Positions 34,751 through 46,288 of a stretch of DNA of 63,398 nt are shown in pieces (positions within the stretch are counted from its first letter, which is position 1; every line of letters starts with the position of its first letter). The stretch spans positions 1-63,398 of the forward strand of contig CAIRTN010000008.1 of assembly GCA_903881515.1 (NCBI GenBank). Reading direction: 5' to 3'. The notes under the pieces are model-generated. The model ran no database searches, had not been told where the DNA came from, and was given only the letters and a program-made list of their open reading frames with translations. The stretch comes from an uncultured Rhodospirillales bacterium (GTDB lineage: Bacteria; Pseudomonadota; Alphaproteobacteria; Acetobacterales; Acetobacteraceae). The translations under genes and the position numbers were made by a program.

Positions 34751-36285
34751 GCCGCAGGCTCCCAGGTAACGCCGGCATCCAGCGGGATGACCGGGCGCGG
34801 CAGGTTGCTCCAGGTGAAATGCTGCAGCAATGGCGTGGTCAGGCCGGGCGCATCGACCTCGATCACCTGCTCGTGGCGGAAGAACTCGTCGAACCCGCCA
34901 CGGAAATGCCCGCGCGACTTCACCACCACCGCCCGAGCGGCGCCGATGTCGCAGTCGAAGGCCTCGAAGAACGCGGGATCGGCGCATTGCTCGCGCACGG
35001 TCGCCACAATGACGACGATGCCGCCCAGATCCAGCGCCGCCGCCGGGCCGATATCGACGATACCGCCGGCAAAGATGCCGCGGCGGCAAGCGATGGCCCC
35101 GGAATGCAGGCGCAGCACTTTCGCCGCCGCGCTGAACGGGTGCGAGAACCCGCCGGGCCCAGCGCGATTGAACCGCGCCGTGAACGTCGCCCCTTCGCCC
35201 AGCGCGTGCGCCTCGGCCGCCAGCGCCGGATCGTGGATCACCCCCACCAGCGCATCGCGCACCGCGGCGCGCATGAAGGCGTCGAGAATGAACATGGTGT
35301 TGCCTCGCCCGCCGCCGCCGGGATTGTCGGCGACATCGGCGAAGATCAACGCCGGCCCGTTGCGGTCCGCCGTACCAACGGCCAACCGAACGGCGTCGTC
35401 CAGCGGCGTGATCACCGGCACAAAATGCGGCCGCCGAGCCCATCCGGCGATGGCGATCTCGCGCGCCACCGCCTCGGCCGCCTCGGCGTCGGTCGCAGTC
35501 ACCACGGCGGTCAGGCCGTTGAACGGTGTATCGGCATAAGCAAAGCCGCCCATCACCGAGACATTCACCACCCGTCCGGCCCAAGGCTCCCGTTGCATCA
35601 GGTCCTGCCCGAGGTCGATCAGTTCGCCATACGGCCGATTATGCGCATCCTTGCCGGTCAGCATCGTCACCGGCGGCGGCACGATCGGCAGGCGGACCTT
35701 GCGGATCACCGTGCGCAGCCCGCCGATCAGCCGGCGCAACACCTGGGCCGACTCGGCGCCGCGCTCGCGCATGTCCATATGTGGGTTGCTGCGATAGCCG
35801 ATCAGCGCGTCCACCGTGCTGATATCGGCCTCCGAGATATTGGCATGCAGGTCGTAGCTGGCGACCACCGGCACCTCCGGCCCGACGATCCGCCGCACCA
35901 GCGCCTGCACCGTGCCCTCCGGGTCGTCGTCCCCGGTGCTCAGCCCGGCGCCGTGCATCACGCAATACACCCCGTCGAGCCGCCCGGCCTCGCGCAGCCC
36001 GATCTCCCACTCGAACATCAGCCGGTCGAAGAAACCCTGCTCCACCGGCCCGCCCGGCGCGGTCATCGCCAAGGTGATCGGCACCGGCTCCCAGGGTCCG
36101 GCCGCATCCATGTCGGCACAGAAGCCCGGCAGCTCCGCCAGCATCCGCGGCCGAGCGCTGCGTGCGTCGTCCAGCATCGCCTGGCCGCGCAGCAGCACGC
36201 GGTCGGTGAAATCTTCCTCCACCGAGACCGGAGCGAAGCGGTTGCACTCGATGGAGAACCCCAGAAGCGCGATCCGCGGGCTCAC
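34747..36285 (-). CDS. M81 family metallopeptidase (MlrC-like)
   Basis: VSPRIALLGFSIECNRFAP...VYCVMHGAG...SYDLHANIS, typical of the MlrC N-terminal (DUF1485) plus C-terminal domains. GTG start at 36285 overlaps the upstream stop (GTGA). Confidence 0.8.
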   Translation of the reverse strand: MSPRIALLGFSIECNRFAPVSVEEDFTDRVLLRGQAMLDDARSARPRMLAELPGFCADMDAAGPWEPVPITLAMTAPGGPVEQGFFDRLMFEWEIGLREAGRLDGVYCVMHGAGLSTGDDDPEGTVQALVRRIVGPEVPVVASYDLHANISEADISTVDALIGYRSNPHMDMRERGAESAQVLRRLIGGLRTVIRKVRLPIVPPPVTMLTGKDAHNRPYGELIDLGQDLMQREPWAGRVVNVSVMGGFAYADTPFNGLTAVVTATDAEAAEAVAREIAIAGWARRPHFVPVITPLDDAVRLAVGTADRNGPALIFADVADNPGGGGRGNTMFILDAFMRAAVRDALVGVIHDPALAAEAHALGEGATFTARFNRAGPGGFSHPFSAAAKVLRLHSGAIACRRGIFAGGIVDIGPAAALDLGGIVVIVATVREQCADPAFFEAFDCDIGAARAVVVKSRGHFRGGFDEFFRHEQVIEVDAPGLTTPLLQHFTWSNLPRPVIPLDAGVTWEPAA

Positions 36286-37415
36286 AGTCTGATCCCCAGC
36301 ATCTCGGCAATCCGCGGCGTGGCTTTCAGCCCGGTGCCGGTCAACACGATGACCGTGGTCTGGCCCGGCGTGATGGTGCCGGCGGCGAGCAACTGCCCGA
36401 AGGCAGCCGCAGCCTGCGCACAGGTCGGCTCGACATAAACCCCCATGCCGGCCAGCTCCAGCGTGGCCGCGGCAATATCGTCCTCGCTCACCAACACCGC
36501 GCCGCCGCCCGAGCCGCGCAACGCGGTCAGCACCTCGGTCAGCCGCAAGGGCTGCGCGATTGCGGTGCCCTCGGCGATCGTCGGCAGGATCGGCGTCTCC
36601 ACCTGCCGATCCAGGCCAGCCAGGAAAGTGGCGGCGATCGGGCCGCAATTCGCCGGCTGCGAGGCGAACAGCCGCGGCAATGTGTCGATCTGACCGGCCC
36701 GGCGAAGTTCTCGAAAGCCGATATCGCAACCCAGCACGTTCGAACCCGCGCCACAGGGAATGATCACATTGTCCGGCGCGCGGAAGCCCAGATCCTCCCA
36801 AAGCTCATAGGCCAGCGTCTTGGTGCCCTGCAGGAAGAACGGCTGCCAGTTATGACTGGCATAGAAAATCCGCCCTGACGCCGCCACCGCGGCATCCGAA
36901 GTTGCCTGCCGGTTGCCCGGGATCAGTTCCACCGCCGCCCCGGCCGCGCGCATCGCCACCGTTTTCGCCGGGCTGGTGGACTCCGGCGCCATGATCGTCG
37001 CCTGCATCCCCCCCGCCGCGGCATAGGCCGCCACCGCCGCGCCGCCATTGCCGGAGCTGTCCTCCAGCACCGCGCCGATACCCTGCTGACGCAGCACCGA
37101 CAGCATCACGCTGGCGCCGCGATCCTTGAAGCTGCCGGTCGGCATGAACCATTCGCATTTCAATAACGCCGCAGCCCCGTGCAGCCGCCGCTCGATCAGC
37201 GGCGTGCAGCCCTCGCCCATGCTGATCGGCTCGGCCACCGGCACCGGCAGCGCCGCGCGATAGCGCCACAGGCTGCGGGTGGAGCGGTCGATATCGTCCC
37301 TGCCGATCCCCGGCAGGTCGGTCAGCAGCAGCGGCCGGTGGCCCGGCGCGCACCAGATCGGGGTTTCGATCGGAAATGTCGCGCCATTGCGCGGGTCGAG
37401 ATAGGCGACGGTCAT
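36282..37415 (-). CDS. threonine synthase-like PLP-dependent enzyme (tryptophan-synthase beta superfamily)
   Basis: ATG 37415 with AAGAGGAG SD. GSFKDRG PLP-lysine motif and SSGNGG. Short N-terminus compared with canonical ThrC. Confidence 0.75.
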   Translation of the reverse strand: MTVAYLDPRNGATFPIETPIWCAPGHRPLLLTDLPGIGRDDIDRSTRSLWRYRAALPVPVAEPISMGEGCTPLIERRLHGAAALLKCEWFMPTGSFKDRGASVMLSVLRQQGIGAVLEDSSGNGGAAVAAYAAAGGMQATIMAPESTSPAKTVAMRAAGAAVELIPGNRQATSDAAVAASGRIFYASHNWQPFFLQGTKTLAYELWEDLGFRAPDNVIIPCGAGSNVLGCDIGFRELRRAGQIDTLPRLFASQPANCGPIAATFLAGLDRQVETPILPTIAEGTAIAQPLRLTEVLTALRGSGGGAVLVSEDDIAAATLELAGMGVYVEPTCAQAAAAFGQLLAAGTITPGQTTVIVLTGTGLKATPRIAEMLGIRL

Positions 37416-37503
37416 GCGGAACTCCTCTTTTTCGAGGCTGCGTCGCCTCGCCGGATTGGTCAACCGCCCGCGCGCTGGCACACTGGCCGCGAAGGAGACA
37501 AGC

Positions 37504-38625
37504 ATGACCGACCTGATCCCCCTGGCCGCCGACCTCGTCCGAATCGACAGCCGCAGCTTTATCAGCAACCTCGCCGTGGCTGACCGCATCGAGGCCGAAC
37601 TGGCCGGCTTCACCGTCGAGCGGCTGGACTATGTCGATGCCGCCGGCGTGGCCAAACGCGCCCTCGTTGCCCGCAAGGGCATCGGCGCCGGCGGGCTCGC
37701 TTTCTCCGGTCACATGGACACCGTGCCGGCCACCGGCTGGGAGGGCGATCCCTGGTCCGGCCATATTGCCGACGGCTACCTGCACGGCTTGGGCAGCACC
37801 GACATGAAGGGCCCGCTCGCCGCCTGCATCGTCGCCGCCCGTGCCCTGCCGGACAACATCCCGATCACCCTGCTGATCACCACGGACGAGGAAACCACCA
37901 AGGCCGGCGCCCGCATCATCGAGGCGAAAAGCCAGCTCGTCCGCCTGCATCCCCCCGCCGCGATCCTGGTTGCCGAGCCGACGCGGATGGCCCCGGTGCG
38001 CGGCCATCGCAGCTCGATCAACTTTTTGGTCACCGCCGAGGGCGTGCAGGCCCATTCCTCCACCGGCCGCGGCCGCAACGCCAACTGGCAGATGGTCGGC
38101 TTCCTCGCCGCGATGAAAGCGATCCACGACCGGCTACAGATCGATCCCGCTTGGCGCGACGATGCCTACGACCCGCCATTCAGCGATTTCAACCTGGTGA
38201 TCGACAATCACGGCGCCCCGGTGAACATGACGGTGCCGCTCACCACCGTGCGCATCAAATTCCGCGTCAGCGCGAAAATGAACCCCGACCCGATCATCGC
38301 AGAGGTCCGCGCCGCCGCCGAAGGCCTCACCCTCAACGTCACGCGCGAAGGCCCGCCGCTGGAAACCGCCGCCGAGCATCCGCTGATCCGCCTTGCCGTC
38401 GCCTTCACCAACCAGGCCGCGATCACCGCCCCGTTTGGCACCGACGCCTCGGAACTGCAGGCGATCGCGCCCTGCGTCGTGCTCGGTCCGGGCGATATCT
38501 GGGAAGCGCATTGCCCCGGCGAGAAGCTCAGCCTGTCGGCCTTGCAGGCCGCCGTGCCGGCGTTTACCGCGCTGGCCGAGCGGGTGGCAGCACCCGGATG
38601 GCCAGAGCCACCGCCAGCCAGATAA
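37504..38625 (+). CDS. M20 family metallopeptidase (ArgE/DapE/acetylornithine deacetylase-like)
   Basis: Internal ATG 37504. LVRIDSRS...SGHMDTVP...GLGSTDMKG motifs. Divergent from the ThrC-like operon (88-nt spacer). Confidence 0.8.
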   Translation: MTDLIPLAADLVRIDSRSFISNLAVADRIEAELAGFTVERLDYVDAAGVAKRALVARKGIGAGGLAFSGHMDTVPATGWEGDPWSGHIADGYLHGLGSTDMKGPLAACIVAARALPDNIPITLLITTDEETTKAGARIIEAKSQLVRLHPPAAILVAEPTRMAPVRGHRSSINFLVTAEGVQAHSSTGRGRNANWQMVGFLAAMKAIHDRLQIDPAWRDDAYDPPFSDFNLVIDNHGAPVNMTVPLTTVRIKFRVSAKMNPDPIIAEVRAAAEGLTLNVTREGPPLETAAEHPLIRLAVAFTNQAAITAPFGTDASELQAIAPCVVLGPGDIWEAHCPGEKLSLSALQAAVPAFTALAERVAAPGWPEPPPAR

Positions 38626-39994
38626 AAGGCAGCCCGGCCAGGGTCCACAGCCCTGGGCCGAACTGCGCCGCCAGCAGGTTATGCACCCGCCCGGCGAGCA
38701 GTTCCGGCAGGATATGGTCGAGCAGCGGCGAGTGCCCGGCGGGCAGCTTCGGGCTGACCATGTCAACCGACGCACAGGCCAGCGCGATGACCCCGCTCGC
38801 CAGCAGCAGCGCCTCGACCACCGTCCGCAGCACGAATCCGGCGCGCTCCCAGAACAGCGCGAACGGCAGACAGGCGAACGCCAGCCCCGCCGTCAGATGC
38901 CGGGGACCGGTGGAAAACCCGCCATCCCAATAGGCATAGCCGGCATTCAGCGTCAGGAAGCACAGCGGCACCAGAACCAGCACCGCCAGCACGTCCCCCG
39001 GCAGCACCCGCGCCGCGGCCCGATAGGCAAACGGCGCCAGCACCAGGAACGGCGAGATCCACAGCAGCCCGCGAGCGGCGCCCGCCAGCAATTCGAACAC
39101 CACGCGGGGCTGCGGCACGGCGATGCCGAACACGCCGTAGCGCATCGCACCGAAATCCTGCGCATCGGCATAGGCGAGGTGCAAAGGCGAGCCGAACGCC
39201 GTGGCGTTGTAGATCGCCAGCGGCAGCAACGCAGCCAGCCCGCCCAGCATAGCCCCGGTCAGGCAGTTGCCCGCCCGCGGCCGTCCGATCACCCGCCAGG
39301 CCCCGAAACCGGCGATCACCAGTACCGCCGCGGCGTTGGTGAACTCGACCAGCAGGCCGAGCCCCAGCACGAAGCCGGCCACCGCACTGTCATGAAAGCA
39401 GGCGCGCTCCTCCGCTTCGCTGGCCGCCAACACCCGCGCGAAGCCGATCAGCAGCAGGGCGGCCGCCAGCGCGTGGCCAAACAGCGTGGTGCCCCAGCCC
39501 GCCGCCGGCGTGGCGATGGCAAACGCCAACGCCGCCACCGTCGCGCTGGCAGGTGTGGCGCCCAGCCGAATGCCGAGCCGCACCATCGCGGTCGCCGCTA
39601 CCCCCATGGCGGCGGCACTGAGCAGCGCGCTGGCCCACCAGACGCTGGCGATCAGCCGGCTGGAGAACACCAGCCCGCCCGCGACCGGCCGGATCAGCGG
39701 CCCGCTCTCCCAACCGCGCAGCTGAAACGCCAGCTTCACCACTGCCACCACCGGCAACGCCAGCAGCGAGACCCCGGGCGCCTTGTCGGAGTAGAAATGC
39801 CCGGCGAACTGCGCCTTGTCGCCCAGGAACGGCGCCAGCCGGTCGATCCGCAAACTACCCTCGTCCAGGATCGCGAAGCTCAGTGCGATCCGGGACAGCA
39901 CATTGGGGTTGCGATAGGTCTCGCCCGGCCCGATGAAGCCAAGCGTAAGGAACACGGCGAGGCCAACGCCGATGGCCAGGCGCCGTGCCGGCAT
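38564..39994 (-). CDS. polytopic membrane protein, GT-C-like (PMT/ArnT-type) glycosyltransferase candidate
   Basis: About 476 aa with at least 10 predicted hydrophobic helices. First periplasmic loop with FYSDKAPG. The start ATG 39994 overlaps the upstream stop (TGATG). The 3' end overlaps the convergent M20 gene by 62 nt. Confidence 0.55.
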   Translation of the reverse strand: MPARRLAIGVGLAVFLTLGFIGPGETYRNPNVLSRIALSFAILDEGSLRIDRLAPFLGDKAQFAGHFYSDKAPGVSLLALPVVAVVKLAFQLRGWESGPLIRPVAGGLVFSSRLIASVWWASALLSAAAMGVAATAMVRLGIRLGATPASATVAALAFAIATPAAGWGTTLFGHALAAALLLIGFARVLAASEAEERACFHDSAVAGFVLGLGLLVEFTNAAAVLVIAGFGAWRVIGRPRAGNCLTGAMLGGLAALLPLAIYNATAFGSPLHLAYADAQDFGAMRYGVFGIAVPQPRVVFELLAGAARGLLWISPFLVLAPFAYRAAARVLPGDVLAVLVLVPLCFLTLNAGYAYWDGGFSTGPRHLTAGLAFACLPFALFWERAGFVLRTVVEALLLASGVIALACASVDMVSPKLPAGHSPLLDHILPELLAGRVHNLLAAQFGPGLWTLAGLPFIWLAVALAIRVLPPARPAR

Positions 39995-40731
39995 CACACC
40001 GCGTAGCGGATCACGGCCTCGCCCAGGCTGGCGAACACCGCCCGCACTTCGGCACCCGCCGGCACCCTGTTGGCGCCCGACCACGAACCGCAGGTGACGA
40101 ACTGCCCGGCCTGCAATCCGCCGGCCCAGACGCTGCCCTCGTTGGCCAGCCAGGACACCAGATCGAGAATATCGCCGAACGGATAGCCGGTGCGCTCGGC
40201 ATTCAACTCGCCGTTCACCAGTTGCTTGCAATGCTCCTGGCTGAGATCGACGCCCTGCCAGTCCGCCTTGCCGGGGCCATAGACCAGCCCGCCATGCGAC
40301 TGCGTATCAGCCAGCTGGCACAGCAGGTCGAAGTCATTTGGCTCGACATAGCGGGATTCGCAGACCTCGATCACCGGATGCATCGTCGCCAGCGCGGCGA
40401 TCACCTCGGCGCGGCTGTACGGCGTGCCGCGCGGCGGCAGGCTGCTGCCCAGGCGGAACGCCACCTCGGATTCGACAATGCGCAGCGGACGCGTCGCCGC
40501 CGGCTGCACCGCGCCGGAAGCCTCGATCCCTGCCGCCGGCAGCGCGCCGCACATCTTCGTGCCGCCGGGCGCGCCGACCTTCCAGCCGCCGATCGCAAAC
40601 GATTTGGCCACCTCGTGCTGTACCACAAGCGCTTCCGCAATCGTTTTGGGCTTCAGCGCGTCTGGCAGGGTGGCAATCCGCTTCGATGGATCCTGGCGGG
40701 CGGCAAGCAGAAGCGTGGCAAGGTCGGACAT
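39994..40731 (-). CDS. 2-keto-4-pentenoate hydratase/decarboxylase-family (FAH-fold) protein
   Basis: Internal ATG 40731 (MSDLATLL). GGWKVG, VESEVAFRL and SGAN... pattern as in the MhpD/HpcG family. Confidence 0.65.
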   Translation of the reverse strand: MSDLATLLLAARQDPSKRIATLPDALKPKTIAEALVVQHEVAKSFAIGGWKVGAPGGTKMCGALPAAGIEASGAVQPAATRPLRIVESEVAFRLGSSLPPRGTPYSRAEVIAALATMHPVIEVCESRYVEPNDFDLLCQLADTQSHGGLVYGPGKADWQGVDLSQEHCKQLVNGELNAERTGYPFGDILDLVSWLANEGSVWAGGLQAGQFVTCGSWSGANRVPAGAEVRAVFASLGEAVIRYAV

Positions 40732-40831
40732 CGGGGCTCTCCCAGTGATTTGTGCCAATCTGTCGGCAAAGCGGGGGCTTGTCCAACACGCGGGCGCGGG
40801 CCAGAAACGCGCGAGCAACAGGAGACGTGAC

Positions 40832-41254
40832 ATGGCGAACTTCGTGGCGTTCGAGGACATGGCGGTCGGCATGACGGCCAGCACCGGCAAGACCATCACC
40901 GAAGCGGATATCCTGATGTTCGCCGCCGTCTCCACCGACACCAACCCGGTGCACCTGAACGCCGAGGTCGCCGCCACCACGCCGTTCAAGGAGCGCATCG
41001 CCCACGGCATGCTGTCGGCCGGGCTGATCAGCGCGGTGCTGGGCACCAAACTGCCGGGCGAGGGCACCATCTACATGGGCCAGACCTTGAGCTTTCGCCG
41101 CCCGGTGAAGATCGGCGACACGGTGACCGCCACCGTCGAGGTCATCGCGCTCGATCCCGTGAAGAAACGCGCAACGCTGAAGACCGTCTGCACCGTGGCT
41201 GGCAAGGTGGTGATCGAGGGCGAAGCCCTGGTGATGCCGCCGTCGCGCGCCTGA
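40832..41254 (+). CDS. MaoC-like (R)-specific enoyl-CoA hydratase / hot-dog dehydratase
   Basis: Internal ATG 40832. FAAVSTDTNPVHLN...IAHGML hydratase-2 motif. Confidence 0.85.
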   Translation: MANFVAFEDMAVGMTASTGKTITEADILMFAAVSTDTNPVHLNAEVAATTPFKERIAHGMLSAGLISAVLGTKLPGEGTIYMGQTLSFRRPVKIGDTVTATVEVIALDPVKKRATLKTVCTVAGKVVIEGEALVMPPSRA

Positions 41255-42186
41255 TGCGGATCTTTCGCGACTGGCGCGGCCTGCCGGCCGATGCGCGCGG
41301 CGCCGCGGTGGCGCTCGGCAATTTCGATGGCGTGCATCTGGGCCACGCCGCTGTATTGCGCGCGGCGCAGGCGGCCCGGCCCGACTTGCCGCGTGCGGTG
41401 CTGAGCTTCGAGCCGCATCCGCGCGAAGTGTTCCGCCCAGATGACCCGCCGTTCCGTCTGACCCTGTCCGCCGCCCGCGCCGCGGCCCTGGCCCGGCTCG
41501 GCGTTTCGATTGTCTACGAACTGCCGTTCGACGCCGCCTTCAGCTTGATGGAAGCCGAGGCGTTCATCGCCAATGTCATCGCCGACGGTCTCGGCGCCCG
41601 GCACCTGGCCTGCGGCCCGGATTACGCGTTCGGCCACCGCCGCGGCGGCAACGTGGCGCTGCTGTCGGCCCGCGCCGAGGCACTGGGCATCGGGCTCAGC
41701 GTGGTGCCGCCGGTTTCCGACGCCGATGGCGCGATTTCCTCCTCGCGCATCCGCCGCGCCTTGCAGGACGGCTACCCCGAACGCGCCGCCCAGGCGCTGG
41801 GCCGGCCCTGGGCGATCCGCGGCGAGGTGGCGCATGGCGACAAGCGCGGCCGCACCATCGGCTTCCCCACCGCCAACATCGCGCTGGGCCGGCATCTGGA
41901 GCCGGCGCGCGGCGTCTACGCCATCACCGCGACCCTACCGGACGGCCGCCTGATCAAGGGCGTGGCCAATATCGGCCGCCGGCCGACGGTCAATTCCGGG
42001 CCGGAAAGCAGGCTGGAGGCGCATCTGTTCGACTTCGCCGAAGACCTCTACGGACAGGTGCTGGAGATCGCGCTGCACGGCTTCCTGCGCGGCGAGCGGA
42101 AGTTCGCCGGGCTCGACGAACTGAAAGCCCAGATCGCCACGGATGCCAGCACCGCGCGCGCAATCCTTGACCGGGCCGGGCTCTGA
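41254..42186 (+). CDS. ribF: bifunctional riboflavin kinase/FAD synthetase
   Basis: GNFDGVHLGH N-terminal motif. C-terminal GDKRGRTIGFPTANI...E(A)HLFDF kinase motifs. The start overlaps the upstream stop. Confidence 0.92.
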   Translation: MRIFRDWRGLPADARGAAVALGNFDGVHLGHAAVLRAAQAARPDLPRAVLSFEPHPREVFRPDDPPFRLTLSAARAAALARLGVSIVYELPFDAAFSLMEAEAFIANVIADGLGARHLACGPDYAFGHRRGGNVALLSARAEALGIGLSVVPPVSDADGAISSSRIRRALQDGYPERAAQALGRPWAIRGEVAHGDKRGRTIGFPTANIALGRHLEPARGVYAITATLPDGRLIKGVANIGRRPTVNSGPESRLEAHLFDFAEDLYGQVLEIALHGFLRGERKFAGLDELKAQIATDASTARAILDRAGL

Positions 42187-42297
42187 CGGCAGTTTGACGC
42201 TATGTACGGGATGATCATCGCGCGAATTAGCTGCCCGGCCGCTCGCTGAGCGCCGGGGTTTGCCGCGTTCGTCCCTGCCTTAAATCCGAGAGATCCC

Positions 42298-45138
<2,841 letters not shown>

Positions 45139-45139
45139 G

Positions 45140-45622
45140 ATGGGCCGCTCCCGCCTGTTCCGGCTGGGTGTTGTCGCCGCGCTGCTGACCCTGCTGGCCG
45201 ACCAGGCCAGCAAAAGGTGGATTCTCAACGGGTTCGACCTGCCGCATCGCGGCACGGTCGAAATCCTGCCGGTGCTGAATTTCACCATGGTCTGGAACCG
45301 CGGCATCACCTTCGGCCTGCTGCGCGGCGATGGCGGCTGGGATGCGGTCATCCTCGGCGCAGTGGCGTTGGGGGTGGTCGTCGCCCTCGGCATCTGGCTG
45401 TGGCGGGCGGAGCGGCTGCTTGTCGCGGTCGCGCTCGGAGCGGTGTGCGGCGGCGCGCTCGGCAACGTGATCGACCGCGCGCGCTTCGGCGCGGTGGTCG
45501 ATTTCCTGCATGCCCATGCCTTCGGCTATTCCTGGTACGTGTTCAACGTCGCCGATGCCGCCATCGTCTGCGGCGTGGCGGCCCTCGTGCTCGACAGCCT
45601 GATGACGCCAAAAACCCAATAG
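45140..45622 (+). CDS. lspA: lipoprotein signal peptidase II
   Basis: 160 aa, 4 TM segments, NRGITFG and GNVIDR...VVDF motifs. Classical ileS-lspA linkage. Confidence 0.92.
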   Translation: MGRSRLFRLGVVAALLTLLADQASKRWILNGFDLPHRGTVEILPVLNFTMVWNRGITFGLLRGDGGWDAVILGAVALGVVVALGIWLWRAERLLVAVALGAVCGGALGNVIDRARFGAVVDFLHAHAFGYSWYVFNVADAAIVCGVAALVLDSLMTPKTQ

Positions 45623-45701
45623 CCCAACACCGCCGGCAGGTGGCTCGCGGTCGGTGCCGCACACATGCTATCTTGCCCCAACGGGTTCCCCTCGCTAATC
45701 A

Positions 45702-46268
45702 ATGGCCGCCATGAACGCACCTCGCCCCCAGCGTCTGCTCGCCCTCCTCGCGCTCGCCGCACTGTCCGGTCTCGCCGGCTGTTCGGGGACCGATGTCACC
45801 CGCAGCTTCGGCCTGGTGCGCGACGCGCCTGACGAGTTCACGGTGACCACCCGCGCGCCGCTGTCGATGCCGCCGAATTTCTCGGTGCAGCCGCCGCGCC
45901 CCGGCGCCTCCCGCCCGCAGGAGGCCAGCGCCGCCCAGGCCGGCGCCGCCACCCTGGTGCCACAGGCCGCCTTGATGCAGCCGGCCGCAGCCTCCAGCGG
46001 CGAGCAATCGCTGCTCAACGCCGCCGGCCCCGCCGCGCCCGCCGATATCCGCGCCAAGATCGACGCCGACTCGGCCATGGTGCAGACCAATCGCAGCTTC
46101 ACCGACCGCCTGCTATTCTGGCGCGCGCCGGCCCCCAAGGGCACCGTGGTCGACCCGCAGGCCGAAGCCCGCCGCCTGCGTGAAAACGCCGCCCTCGGCC
46201 AGCCGACCGATACCGGCGATACGCCGATCATCCAGCCCAAGGCGAAGAGCCTGCTCGACATCTTCTGA
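45702..46268 (+). CDS. lipoprotein (DUF3035-like)
   Basis: Lipobox LAGC after a signal peptide. Low-complexity Ala/Pro body. From memory, this position after lspA is common in alphaproteobacteria. Confidence 0.65.
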   Translation: MAAMNAPRPQRLLALLALAALSGLAGCSGTDVTRSFGLVRDAPDEFTVTTRAPLSMPPNFSVQPPRPGASRPQEASAAQAGAATLVPQAALMQPAAASSGEQSLLNAAGPAAPADIRAKIDADSAMVQTNRSFTDRLLFWRAPAPKGTVVDPQAEARRLRENAALGQPTDTGDTPIIQPKAKSLLDIF

Positions 46269-46288
46269 TCCGGTCCGGGAGGCGCGGC

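Noticed and set aside
34751-35584. N-terminal 278-aa extension of the D-TA family ORF (and similar extensions of ORFs 34747..36801, 36282..37613, 39994..41070, 38564..40231)
   Set aside because: The extensions are Arg/Gly-rich and overlap the upstream genes. In each case an internal start with a stop/start overlap or SD gives a protein of the expected family length.
38151-40006. Plus-strand ORFs (260 and 537 aa) opposite the GT-C-like membrane protein
   Set aside because: They are extremely Arg/Pro/Gln-rich and overlap the M20 gene frame. The minus-strand product has coherent transmembrane-helix periodicity.
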